Shown here piece by piece: positions 37,535-51,369 of a DNA stretch of 64,000 nucleotides (position 1 is the stretch's first letter; each line of letters begins with the position of its first letter). This stretch comes from Octopus vulgaris (lineage: Eukaryota). The notes under the pieces were generated by a model. The model was not told the origin of the DNA. It was given only the letters and a program-made list of their open reading frames with translations, and made no database searches. The position numbers and the translations under genes are program-made. Where the stretch lies: assembly GCA_951406725.2 (NCBI GenBank), contig OX597815.1:18104001-18168000 (forward strand). The letters are read 5' to 3'.

Positions 37535-39010
37535 AGCATATCCTGTTGTGTCTGAGGAAAGTCACTCTGTTTTAGTGCCTTATAATTTAGCATAATCACA
37601 GGTAAAATTTCCACTCAATTACTTATTTATTTTTCTAAAAGTTTCGTTGTGTCTTGCAACCATTTCAATAAGTTGTTGACTCTATCCGTTTTTCAAGCTG
37701 CGCTCTTTTTGCTTGTTTGTGCGCATGTGTGTGAATCAGTGTGCGTGCGCATACATATGTACGTATGCATTAGCCACAACACACATTTTTTTCTCTCCTC
37801 GTTTCTCTCCTTGTTTTTTTTCTGTGTCCCTTTCTGTAGAAGAGCGTAGGCTCGAAACGTAAAAGACTTTTTTTCTATTCCTGAGCGTTATACTAATACA
37901 TCTGTTTGTTTTGTACACCACCTGTCTTCGTCTTTTGTTTTTTTCGTAAACTCTCCGTATGTACGTATGTATGTATGTATGTATGTATGTATGTATGTAT
38001 GTATGTATGTATGTATGTATGTATGCATGTATGCATGTATGTATGTATGTATGTATGTATGTATGTATGTATGTATGTATGTATGTATGTATGAATGCAT
38101 GCATGGAAGTGTGTGTATGCATGTATGTGTGTGTGTGTGCGCGCGTATGTATATATGTTTGTGTGTACGGTTGTATGTATGTATTCTGCATATTCAAGTG
38201 TTTGTGTGTTTTTATGTATGTGTGTGTTTGTGTGTGCAACTCTGTCGCCTTGTGTGTGTATGTCTGAGTGTGTCTGCGTGTGTGTATGTATGGGATTTTG
38301 TGACTATGTACTGTGTGCGTATGCATGAATGTGTATCTGCATATGTGTGAACGTGTGTCTCCATATGTGTCCTTGTGTGGAATGAAGTGTGTGTGTTTAT
38401 ATTGATAGATACAGGAGTACGTCATCATAAATGAAACATCCCCAGTACTAAATAGGAAATATACGTAGTAGATAATCACAACACCATACCTACAGTTTAT
38501 ATTTACATTTATATACAGGTAGAATAGTTAGTGGGCTGTTATGCAGATAGGTGTATGTATGTGTGTGTGTGTATGTGTATATGTATATTCGCATACACAA
38601 ATGAAGACTGAAACACATGACCACATGCACACACACACTCAGACATGCACACATAAAGAGACAGAGGTACACACACATATGGAAACACGCAAACATATAT
38701 ACATACGCACACACATATATACATGCATACACACACTTACATGCATGCATACATACATACATGCATGCATAGATACATGCATGCATACATACATGTGTAT
38801 GCGCACACACACTGACTTACACACATGCGCACAAACAAAAAGAAAGCAGCTTGAATAACGGACAGAGTCAACAACTATTGAATAGGGTGCGAGACGCAAC
38901 GAAAATCTTAGAAAAGTAGTTAAGTAAATGAGTGGAAATTTTACCAGTGAGTGTGTTAAATTATAAGGCACAAAAAGAGAATGACTCTCCCCAAACACAA
39001 CAGAATATGC
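37535..39010. repeat. Pair of ~235-bp diverged inverted repeats (37535-37770 and 38770-39010)
   Basis: gcatatcctgttgtgtctgaggaaagtcactct... versus ...atgactctccccaaacacaacagaatatgc; colinear reverse complements. Confidence 0.8.
37830..37865 (+). ncRNA. Minimal hammerhead-like motif (core variant CUGUAGA)
   Basis: CTTT-CTGTAGA-A-GAGC-gtag-GCTC-GAAACGTA-AAAG; stems I and II pair perfectly. Confidence 0.55.
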
Positions 39011-39059
39011 TTCAACACACGAACTCACGTAAAGAATCTCGCAAACAAAAGCCAAACAA

Positions 39060-39258
39060 GGGGACAAACAAGGACAGACAAACAGATTAAGTCGATTGTA
39101 TCGACCCCAGTGGGTAACTGGTACTTAATTTATCGACCTCGAAAGGATGAAAGGCAAAGTCGACCTTGGCGGAATTTGAACTCAGAACGTAATGGCAGAC
39201 GAAATACGGCAACGCATTTCGCCCGGTGTGCTAACGTTTCTGCCAGCTCGCCGCCTTT
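39060..39258 (-). mobile_element. SINE family B monomer (tail truncated)
   Basis: Head and core present. Confidence 0.88.
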
Positions 39259-39921
39259 AAAGCTAAAAATGAAATAGCAATTTCTAATATATACAAACAT
39301 AATCAACATGATCTGCCTAATTTGCATAACAGTGCGCATGCCAATAATGTAGATTAATTAATTGCATAGTGTTTTGCAATAATCTGAAAAACAATGTGAG
39401 TAATTTTTCTCTTTTGAAATTATAACATGATTAGAAACTGGTGAGATTCCAATTTTCTGTCCAGAAATGGTTTTCTTTCAAAGGGAAGCTAAAATGATAT
39501 ATTTATCTAAACATGCACGCCTTGCATTTCAGTAAACACATAAACACCCCCACTACATGTGCACACACAAACATACACACACACACTTATATGCACGCAT
39601 ACACACACACATATACATATATGCATAAATGATAGCCATATCACTTATTTCTTTATAGCTTACATTTGCAATTCCATTTCTAAAAGTGATACGAAATATG
39701 GAATATAGAATGCAAGAATATATCTAGGTCAGATATCAAATTAGATTTCCTTTGCCTGCAACCATCAACGAAAAATATATGTGAAAATTGCAGGCGAATC
39801 GGATATCGAAAATATCAAATGAGTGTATGTATCACTCCTGCTTTCCCTGAAAAGTGTTCCGAGTAGTGCTTACTTCAACCAGTCGAAGTCATTCCTACAA
39901 CTCTTTATCTTTTTGTGTTCA

Positions 39922-40012
<91 letters not shown>

Positions 40013-40115
40013 AAGTTAATCCAAATATGAAAACGCTCAGAGAAAACACACCAACGCGTGGACGTGGAACAAGTATAGTGTTATTGGACGCTCAGGAAGG
40101 AAGGGAAGAAGGAGG

Positions 40116-40150
40116 GTTTAACGTTTCGAACGGAGGTCTTCGTCAGAAAC
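40116..40150 (-). ncRNA. Minimal type I hammerhead ribozyme motif (Penelope-type, palindromic stem III)
   Basis: Reverse complement GTTT-CTGACGA-A-GA-cctccgt-TC-GAAACGTT-AAAC; intact core and stem I GTTT/AAAC. Confidence 0.7.
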
Positions 40151-40263
40151 ATAGGAAAAGGAAAGATACAAGGAAGGGAAGACGGAGGAAAAAATCGCCA
40201 ACGGTACACACGCGGTCACATTTTGAATATATATATATATATTTATATATATAATATAATATA

Positions 40264-40304
<41 letters not shown>

Positions 40305-40959
40305 TACACACACACACACATATATATATATATACATACGCAAACAACGAGAGAAACAAATGGAAAACTGGACAAGTAATATAAAGAACGGCCCTTCATC
40401 AGTTGTCGGCTGTCTAACGACTCATTTCGAGCATTGAACGACAATATGAGTCTGCGAAGACAGTTGCTCCCATAAGTACCAAAATAAAGTTTGGGATTTA
40501 TGGAGGGTTAAAGTTGTGAACAAAAACACAGGATAGTGGAGACATGGAGGATCGTTAGGTCAGATCGAGGGTAAAATAGCGAACGCTGGAGAAACATTTT
40601 CTTTGACAAGAGAAAAGATAGAAGAGAGAGATAGGATACACCCAGTCCTTAGGACAGTCCCGAAAGAAAAGAAAGATGATCACGTGAGGAAAAGAAAAAT
40701 GGACGATGATCATGTGTGAGCAACGAGAGAGAAAAAAGGAAAGGGAGAGGGAGAGAGAGACAGATAGAAAACGGCGAAGGGGAGAAAATTGGGAATTAGA
40801 GAAAGGATGAGAGAGAAAACGATGGGGGTAGAAAACAGTAGAAAGTAGAGTCGCATCAAAAAGGTTAAAAAAATCTTACTTGGAAATGGATGCGCGGTGT
40901 TCAATCAAATAATAACATAAATAATATATATATGCATATATATATATATATGTGTGTGT

Positions 40960-41028
<69 letters not shown>

Positions 41029-41503
41029 ATATATAAAGTAAAAAAAGATAAAACACAATTAATAAATCCTCTTTTACGAAAAAAACCCCCCAAAATCCGT
41101 TGTGCACACATACACACACACACAAAATAATATAAAAATATATTTTCATTATTCAATTATTTGCCATGTTAAATAATTTAGAATGAAAAGATGCTGAAGG
41201 AAAAATATCCAATTACGAAAATATATCAACCAGGTGTTATTGGAATGCTACAAGGATTCGCCAAAGAAGACAAAGAAAAGGTAAATTCATTATTATACAT
41301 AAATGGTAAATGGTTAATGAAAGAATCGGGAGAATCATCTTAGAAAATTACGTGAACTAAGAGAACTAATGAAGTTCTCTGACAGAAATAATAAATTTGC
41401 TTAAAATCGAGTAAACCGGATTCTGAGAATGTAATTTTGTTTCTATTTTGTTGAGAGAAGAAAAGTGCATTGGCTGAAAGCTCGAAGAGGGGCCTATGGA
41501 ATA

Positions 41504-42035
41504 CATGCATACGTACATACATACATACATACATACATACATACATACATACATACATACATACATACATACATACATACATGCATACTTACATACATAC
41601 ATACATACATACAGACATACATGCATACTAACATACATACATAATACATACATACATGCATACATACATACGTAATACATACATACATACATACATACAT
41701 ACATACTTACATACATACATACATACATACATGCATACATACATACATACATACATACATACATACATACATGCATACATACACACACATACATACATAC
41801 ATTCATACATGCATACATACACATACATACATTCATACATGCATACATACACACACATACATACTCACACATACATACATACATACATACATACACACAC
41901 ATGCATGCATGCATACATACATACACACACACACATTCATACATACATACATACATACATACATACACACACATACATACATACACACATACACACACGC
42001 ATACATACATACATACATACATACATACATACATA
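41504..42035. repeat. (CATA)n compound microsatellite
   Basis: Direct reading. Confidence 0.98.
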
Positions 42036-42786
42036 GATGTGAGTGCGTATGTGTGGTTGTATTTGCTTCATACACACACACACATATGTCAGGTCACTGC
42101 TGTTTCCATTGCCATCCACGTCACTAGCCAACTCCTTCCTCTTCCGGTCATTTCAGCGTTAGATGACCGTCTAATTGAGATCCATTTATTCTTATTTCTC
42201 TATTTTCTTTCTCTCCTTGCATATGATTTCTGTTGTTGTAGACGATATGCGTGAAACGTTTAAACCTAATTTTCCTGAGCGTAAACCTAATACACTTTTT
42301 TCTTTTACTTCATCTTCATGTTTGTTTTGTGTGCCATGATATATATGTCAGCTTGGGAAAACTACTTTCATACGTTTGAAACGAGATCACCGAGACGAAT
42401 ATGTTGAAAACACTGCCATCTAAGACATACATTCTATCACCCATTGTTACTTCTTTCAGACCCACGTTAGTCTTAATCGAGCAGAGGCATAATCCAAGGT
42501 ATCCCAGTAAGAACCACCATGTTTTTTTTTAAGATATAAAAGAATACGTTATACATTCTGCTCTTCCTATTTTCAAGACGGTAAGGTATGAGTTGAGGAA
42601 CGTTTGGCTGCTATTTCTAGCAGTAGTGCAACCATTTAGAGGCTCCTTCATACTGTACCTATATATGAAACCATTATATATTTGGGTGGCTATCTTTGTG
42701 ACAGGCAGAAAAAAGAAAACAAAGAAATGTTGATGGCTAAACACGGGCCAACCCTAAATTTGTTTTTGCCTGTGTATATGAATACA

Positions 42787-43202
42787 TATTTCTTTACTAC
42801 CCACAAGGAGCTAAAGATAGAGAGGACAAACAAAGACAGACAAACGGATTAAGTCGATTATATCGACCCAGTGCGTAACTAGTCCTTAATTTATCGACCC
42901 CGAAAGGATAAAAGGCAAAGTCGACCTCGGCGGAATTTGAACTCGGAACGTCGCGGCAGACGAAATACCTATTTCTTTACTACCCGCAAGGGGCTAAACA
43001 CAGAGAGGAGAAACAAGGACATACAAACGGATTAAGTCGATTATATCGACCCCAGTGCGTAACTGGTACTTATTTAATCGACCCCGAACGGATGAAAAGC
43101 AAAGTCGACCTCGGCGGAATTTGAACTCAGAACATAAAGACAGACGAAATACCGCTAAGCATTTCGCCCAGCGTGTTCACGTCTCTGCCAGCTCGCCGCC
43201 TT
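42787..43202 (-). mobile_element. SINE family B dimer with 17-bp TSD
   Basis: CTGTGTATATGAATACA on both flanks. Confidence 0.92.
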
Positions 43203-43451
43203 CTGTGTATATGAATACAGATGAGTGACACGTATACTAGAATGACAGGAGACTGCACCCCAAGTGATATCTACCGTATAAGAACATAATAGTAATGCAA
43301 GCGCTACCTTATATAATGTTGCCTTATATGATGCTGACAACTAAGAAATATTTTGATGAAGATTTTACACTTCTTGATGAAAACAATTATTATCTAAATC
43401 CTATTCTATCGGTGTCATTTGCAGAACCACAACACACACACACACGCACAC

Positions 43452-43511
<60 letters not shown>

Positions 43512-43555
43512 ACACATTTATTAAAGCTTCAAAAACATCACAGCCAAGAATCTGG

Positions 43556-44230
43556 TTTTCCCAGATTTTTTGAAAATGGCCGGTTGCAGGTACCCGGTGA
43601 TACTTGAGGGACGCTCCCCCCGCCAAGTGTTACTTGTGCCTGGAACCGGGCCACATTAAAAAGAACTGTCCCCAGGATCAGAGTAGGGTCCTAGAACAGT
43701 TGGTTGTAGAAGAGCCCCCCCTCCTCCCGAGAGAGAGATGGAGATAGTCGAGGAGCTAGAGACCTCCCCGAAAAAGGGGAAAAAAGGAAGAAGATGGGCA
43801 ACAATAGTTACTCACCGAAGGACCCTAAAGCTGCGGGACGGAGGGATGATCCTTTGGTTAAAGCAGAGGAACCACTCCCTCCCGTATCAAAGACAAGAAA
43901 AAAAGAAAAAGAATGGGAAACTGCCGGCATGTCTCGAAACCTCGTCGGTGGGAATTTTTGCCACCGACGGAGGAAACTGTGGCCCCTCCCAGTATAATAA
44001 ATGAGGAATTTGTAATCTGCTTTCATAAGGGAGGGACCGTAGAGAACTTTGTGAGGAATCTGGAAGGTCGGGAACAGGAGATCCTGACCTGCATTGAAAG
44101 CCCGGATTGGCCTCCGCAGGTGGATGCGGAGGTCATGGTGGAAAATTATTTCTACAGGGTGATGGATTCCTTTATCAAGGATGAATACAATTATCTCTTA
44201 TGGGGCCCCGGCTTGCGACTGCAGGCTTAT
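43556..44230 (+). pseudogene. Diverged 5'-truncated paralog of the ORF1 at 13310-14510
   Basis: FPDFLKMAGCRYPVILEG..KCYLCLEPGHIKKNCPQDQSRVLEQL and FVICFHKGGTVE..CIESPDWPPQVDAEV align with the 381-aa ORF; frameshifted. Confidence 0.88.
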
Positions 44231-45234
44231 GGCCGGAGTCCAATGTCTGAAACATGTAATAGATAAAAGATACCTGAAAAATTTGAATGGGTACTGTTGC
44301 TAGTGCCACCTATAGTTGCTTCGGAAGTTAGAGAGGGAAATAGAGAGATATACTGAGATATAGAAGAGAAGATGATTTCCTTTAATGGTAGAGAACTCGC
44401 TATTGATAAATAATGGAATTTATCAAAGAAGAAAATGTCAGAGAGCAATGCTGAATAATAGTTCTTGTAGAACCTGGATATAGTAGCACGAATCAAAAGT
44501 TAGTGAAACTGTAGAAGTTGAGTACTTCTACATAAAGACGGCGAAGGACAACAAAGATTCCTTGCAATATGGATTTAAATTTTGCTTATAGGTATAAAGA
44601 GCACACTTCAGCCTTCTCAGTTTGTAACGAATACGTGCTGTATGAAAGTATGAAGCCTGTTAAATTTATGAGACGTCTTGATATTAGTCATACTTCCTGA
44701 GCAAGTACATCGTTGCAGTTTTGTTAAATAGTTGCTAACATCATCTAGAGTACAAAAGCAAATTTTGAATACTATATTTGGTTCAACAAAAAAGTCCAAG
44801 AAACAAACAAGACGCTTAACATGACCAGAGTTGTCACCACGCTACAAAGGTCAGACTCATTTTTTTTTACTGCATTTCATATTTAATTAGTATTAATTAA
44901 TTAAAATTTTGGGGTTGTCTATACAGTTTTCTTTTGCTGTAATTAGTCATTTATATAATTATTGTTCTCATCGTTATCGATGCAATTTTAATTAATTAAA
45001 ATTTGTTGCGTGTATAAATTTATCAATTGAAAAAAATTCTCGCCCGCTTCATTATATGGTATACACATACGTCACACTAATTAAGAAATTTTGGAAGGTG
45101 TTCCAGGATGTCACTACGGTTGTAGTATGATAGTTTGTGATAAGCTACTCTGTCGATAGTCTACCTTTTAAAATAGCTTTAGTGTAAGGCAGCAAGCTAG
45201 CAGAATTGTTAGCACCCCGGACAAAATGCTGCTA

Positions 45235-45450
45235 TGTCGACATTTTTTTCGGTCATCTTGGAAACGTCTGAATCACTCGTACACTTGTGTGCCGCTCATT
45301 CACTCCTCTCCATACACTTTCTGCAACTTCGTGTAGGCCTCTGAACAGGTATCGCCAAGATCACTTTCTCTGTCATGGTCAATGCGACGATCACACGTCA
45401 CACACATTGCCTCGAATCACTGCTGCAAAGAGCGGAAGTGAGCTAGGACT
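45235..45450 (-). mobile_element. Mariner fragment inside an old SINE-B2
   Basis: Homologous to about 48100-48310. Confidence 0.75.
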
Positions 45451-45977
45451 TTAAACCTTTATGTTCTGAGTTAAAATTCTACCGAGGTTAACTTTACCTT
45501 TCATCCTTTAGGGGTCAATAAAATAAGTACTAGTTGATCACTGTAATCGACTTATCCACTTCCCCAAAGTTGTTGGCCTTGTGCCAAAATTTGAAATCAA
45601 TTAGTAACTTAATGATAATGATTTTTAAGGATATTTGTATAATATATAGTAGTTTACAACATCTGCTCGCATCAGTGGGTGCTGGGATTACAGTATGGTT
45701 AAGAAAGTCGATTTGCAAGTGCATTATTCCGAGAGCGATCCCACGGACAGGTATTTCACCTCAAGCTTCGAAAGACCAAAGCTTTTAAGATAGAAAAGAG
45801 CAAAAGTAGAAACACCATACTTAAAGTAAAGTCTGGGGTAGATTTAATCGACTCCAATCCATCAAAGCAGTACCCCAGCATGGCCGTAACCTAACGCGTA
45901 AAACAAGTACGAGAATGTGCACGTGCATGCATGTATGTATGTATGTATACACACACACACACATATATATATATATA

Positions 45978-46378
45978 CAGTAACCATTCACCTTATCGCG
46001 GTTCACCTAACGCGCCCTCAGTATATCGCGGGTTTCTGCGGCCGATAAGTATTTATATATTTTTAGATTTTAAATATTTCTGTGGTTGCACTGTATAATT
46101 AAAATATATTAATTAAATATATTAAAATTAATTAGAATATATTAAAAGAAAATACGTAGTGTACCGTAGATGAGTACAAAGAATCGCACATACTGTATAG
46201 AAAACGAAACTTGAAGGTGAGTGTGTGGTGTTGTTTTTCATTTATCATAAAATAGATAAATACAAATTACAAAAATAATTAAAAAAAAGAATATACAATA
46301 CAGTTTCTACTCCGCGGATTTTTCCCCTATCGCAGGGGTTTTTGGAGCGTAACAACCACGATAGTCAAGGGATTACTG
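45978..46378. mobile_element. Tigger/pogo-like MITE
   Basis: TA|CAGTAA...TTACTG termini with TATCGCGG subterminal motifs; related copy at 54945-55202. Confidence 0.75.
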
Positions 46379-46417
46379 TGTGTGTGTATAGATAATATAA
46401 ATAATATAAATAATATA

Positions 46418-46466
<49 letters not shown>

Positions 46467-46481
46467 TATATACATCTATAC

Positions 46482-46547
<66 letters not shown>

Positions 46548-47155
46548 ATATGTGGGCACAGGACGTTATGAAACATGTACAGCAAAAAAATAGTAAGCAT
46601 GAGCACATGGAACATAAACTATTATTTCAAACAACGAAAGACAGAAATGGAAAACAAAACAAACATAAAGAACGACCTTTCATCAGTTGTTGGCTATTTT
46701 TCTAGTCTCGTATTTCGAGCATTTAACAACAATATACGCTTTCGATAAAACAGTTGCTCCCGCAAAGCAAATTAAATAAAATATGGGATTTTGCGGAGGG
46801 TCAAAATTGGTAACACAAACAGGACAGTGAAAACAAACAGGTAAGGCAGCTAAACCTAAATGAGGTTGTGGTGGCGAACGCGTAAATCAAACTAGGACAG
46901 GAGACAAACAAGGACACGTTTTTCTTGTTCCAGCTACAACGGAGAGAAAGAAAGATGGCCGATGATCACGTGGGAGCCAAGTGAGCAAGGGGTAAGGGGT
47001 AAGGGAGTGAGGGCGACAGAGTAATAGGATAGAATAGTGGGAGAAGAGGAGGTAAAAGAATAAGAGAGAGAAAAAGAGAGCAAAACGAAAGAGTAAAAAG
47101 ATCGTATAGGAAGTGCATCAGAATTATTAAGATACAACTTACTTAAAATGGAAAA

Positions 47156-47232
<77 letters not shown>

Positions 47233-47416
47233 TATATACATACGTATGTGTACAAGCTATCTCAGAGCTAGGGTGGCAGGAGTTCTCTCCCGCTTGCAAT
47301 GAATATTGAGTGAGTGCACTGAATAAACCAGTTGGAGGAGATGTCATCCTGGGGTTAAAATAGCAGTATTGTCGGTTCTCAGAGAATGCTCACGTTAAAT
47401 TGGCGACACACACACA

Positions 47417-47489
<73 letters not shown>

Positions 47490-47545
47490 TGATAAACGCT
47501 ATATATGTATATATGTGTGTCTGTGTGTGTTTGTGTATGTATATA

Positions 47546-48425
47546 TACGTAGTGTGATCAATAAGTAGCCAGACTGTTGCCATAGTAACAAAGCTAAAGC
47601 TCGCAGAGTAAAGCCACTTGGTACAGATTGACCTTGAACGTGACTGCGCATGTGTACTAAGTTTTATCGTTCTAGCTCACTCCCGCTGTTTACAGCAGTG
47701 ATTGGAAGGAACGTGTGCAGCGTGCGTTCGTCGCATCGAACAATACAAAGTTGAGCAGAGAATCTGCATAGAATTTTGCCAAAAGCTGTGTGATACCTGC
47801 TCAGTGGCCTACGCAAATTTTTCAAAAAGCTTTTATCGTTCTCGGCACAATCAAAGATGTTTTGTGCAACTGAAACCCGAGTGTCTTTTTTTGTCGGGTG
47901 GAAGTTTTAGCACAAACTTAGCAGACACATGTCTCATACCCAAATCTTCAGTGATAATGGGCTGAACTGAACTGTAACTAATCTGCACATCCTCTGATCA
48001 CTCACGGATGGTGATTCAATGATTTCTCCTCACAGCTGCACGCATATCTGCGATGTTTTTCTCAGTTCTGCTGGTTGTAGGTCCCCCAGAACGTTCGTCA
48101 CTGTCGACATTTTTTTCGGTCATCTTGGAAACGTCTGAATCACTCGTACACTTGTGTGCAGCTCATACATTTTCTGCGACTTTGTGTAGGCCTCTGAGCA
48201 GGTATCGCCATGATCACTTTCTCTGTGATGGTCAATGCGACGATCACACGTCACACACATTGCCTCGAATCACTGCTGCAAAGAGCAGAAGTGAGCTAAA
48301 ACGTTAAACCTTTGTGCGCATGCGCAGTAGATGTCAAGATCAATGTTTGCCAAGCGGCATCACTCTGTGTGCTTTACCTTCGTTACTATAGCAACAATCC
48401 TGATACTTATTGATCAGACCTCATA
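47546..48425. mobile_element. Mariner-derived element with long inverted arms and transposase remnants
   Basis: Termini tacgtagtgtgatcaataagta / tacttattgatcagacctcata; EQRICIEFCQKL on +; QVYE*FRRFQDDRK..VDSDERSG on -. Confidence 0.85.
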
Positions 48426-49233
48426 TATGTCGGCGTATAATGAAAAGCATCAGAACGATTTTGTTGTCTATCACAACTTGCAAGGAAGTGCCCGATAAAA
48501 TACTGAAAGGAGTCAATAGGCGAAAACATTTAAAAGTGATGGCCCAGAATGATCATACATTTCAATGATTGAAAGTAATAAAAATATAAAAAAGGAAAAA
48601 TTAGTCAATTTATGGCTCGGGTTGTCTCCCTTGACCGAACACAAAATAATTGTCATTGAAGCCTATTAGTTTTCTCTTCCCTACCGTGTAACGTCAGTTT
48701 ATTGAAAATTCGTTTTGGTTAATACATTAAGTATGTCAAACCACACTTTATTATATATTCTTGTACAATGCACCACCGGGATGTTTTTGCCCGGCAAATG
48801 GTAGTGCAGCTGCCTATAATGTGTGTCTGCGTACGACTGTGTGTGTATTCATGTACTTAGAATGTAGCCTCATGTTGTGGTACTGGCAATATGTTGCAGA
48901 TTCCATGGACAGCCAGCATGAGTGAGACATTGGTTCCATATCAAGTATCCAATCCTGCTAACCTGGTAAACACTAACAAATTATGGCCACATTTACTACT
49001 GCCCAGTCGACAGTTTCAAGTGAAATGTCATGCTTGTTACTACCTAGAGAAAGTTGTTCGGTGTAGTATATAACTTCTGCTGAGAATTTTACCGAACTGA
49101 TCTCAATGGTGAGAGTTTGGTAAAGAATTCGCTAGGGCTCGTGCACCGAGGAAGAGGGTTAGAGTATGTGTGTACGTATCTGTGCGCCTATGTGCCTGTG
49201 TATATGCGTATGTGCATTTGGCTGTATGTATAT

Positions 49234-49467
49234 ATGTTTCTTTATTACCCACAAGGCACTAAACACAGAGGGGACAAACAAGGACACACAAACGGATTAA
49301 GTCGATTACATCGACCCCAGTGCGTAACTGGTACTTAATTTATCGATCCCGAAAGGATGAAAGGCAAAGTCGACCTCCGCGGAATTTGAACTCAGAACGT
49401 AGCGACGGGCGAAATTACGCGAAGCACTTCGCCCGGCGTGGTAACGTCTCTACCAGCTCGCCACCTT
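49234..49467 (-). mobile_element. SINE family B monomer with 18-bp TSD
   Basis: TTTGGCTGTATGTATATA on both flanks. Confidence 0.9.
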
Positions 49468-51369
49468 CTTTGGCTGTATGTATATAACAGAAGCTTTCAA
49501 AAGTTATTGCAAACAGTATAGCGATTCTAATTCCACCAGTTCAATTTCTGCTAGGTTCCTTTACTCTGAGACTTATGAATACTAGTGAAATACTGTAGCC
49601 GATTCAACAAATTAAGTACCTTCTTACAAAATAAGCAACATATAAACCTCGCATGGGCAACGGCTGTTTATCTAGAGCACACTGAATCAACGAAAACCGC
49701 CTTTTCTCTGACATTCTGGTTAACCTTCTGCTCTGTCGAAACGATAACTATTCAGAACTGAATATCTCGGATTAAAAAGGATGCGTACGCGATGTTATAG
49801 AGAACGATAATTTTAATCAGTATAATCAGTATAATCCTAATTTTCCATCAGAAGATAAATTTTGAAATAACTAATTCCATCCCAATTCTCTTTACTTCGA
49901 TCCACCTGGTTTCTCTCTGTTTTGATAGCGAGTGTAAGACTTACAAATATTTCATTCTAATTATCCTCTTGTCACCATACTTCTGCTTCGCTACCTCATC
50001 CTCTCCTCTCTTGCTACCATTTTCTACAACAAAAACAAACACAAAATATACAACAACCACATTCCGTGCGTCACAAATCTATTCTTGCAGCACTTTTCAA
50101 TTAGATGAGAAGCAAATCTTGCAAAAATGAAGCAGAGTATCTTTATTAAATTCTATTCTTAACTAATTTCCATTAGAGGAGCTATGTAAAGCATTCACCA
50201 TTGCTTCATTTCCTACTTCAAGTTTCGATCCTTTTCTTCCAATTTTCTTTGCCTCCTACTTTTTCTTTTTACTCGATGGAAAAATAATTTAATTAAACTC
50301 TCGCCGAAAGTCATTTAACAATTAAAGTCTGTGCCATTTTCTAACTTATTCATAACTGTTTTCGTTTTGTGTGTTATTTTGTTAACTTACTTTTCACATT
50401 CAGGCCTCGTGAGTGGAGATTTCAACCTGATTGTATTTCTTATTCTCTAGACTAACTCTCGCTAGTTCCTATTTCGAAAGAACACAAAAAGCAATGGAAT
50501 AGGTCCAAATAGAAGTGAGAGTGAAATTACCGAATGCTGTTTCTGTAGACGTAATAAAGACAGTTCGTTATTAAATTGCATGTGCATCTTTTAGCAACCA
50601 CAACATGCTAGTAGAACGAATCTGAGTTTCGTGCAAGTAAGCCGACTGTAACACAGAAAATCGATAGTGTTAGTGAAATCACTGATTTCTTTTTTCATCC
50701 GATATGGAATCAATAACATGTAACCAATAGAAACGAAGTCTGTATCTAATTTACTTCTTTCTCTTAATTATATATATTTATATGACTTTCGCTAATTGTT
50801 TCGTTTGTATCATAGTGGTTATATGATTATATTCAGGTTATTTATTACTGTTGTGTACATGCTTGAAGACAGCGCAGTTAACCAAACTTGAAATATTTAA
50901 TCTTATACCTTTAGGAATTAGATCAAATCTTACAATGAACCATTCCACTTTATTATTAGATAGACGCTAATAATAATATTATATTTTAATAATAATATAT
51001 TTTAGGAAAACAGTTTTGGTTGTTTAATACGCGTTCTGAAAGCTCAGCTTGTTTTCGAATTACCGTGAACTATTACTAAATGGAATTTTACTAACCGTGC
51101 GGAAACCACTTATGTGTCACGTAAATGGCTTCCACACAGTTAATAAAGTTAATAATCGTAGTTCTGTAAGTAATACTCCAACAGATTACGTTACTACATT
51201 TGTTCACTGTTTTGCTTCTAATTCCTCATTACATGCACCGCAATATTACTGCTGATCTTCTTTTCTCCATTTAGCATACCTCATCACATTTTTGTGTGCG
51301 AAACTGGTCAATAAATCCATCAAGGTGACTTGTTCTTGCAGACTCCCGTTATCTAGATCGGTGAAATTG

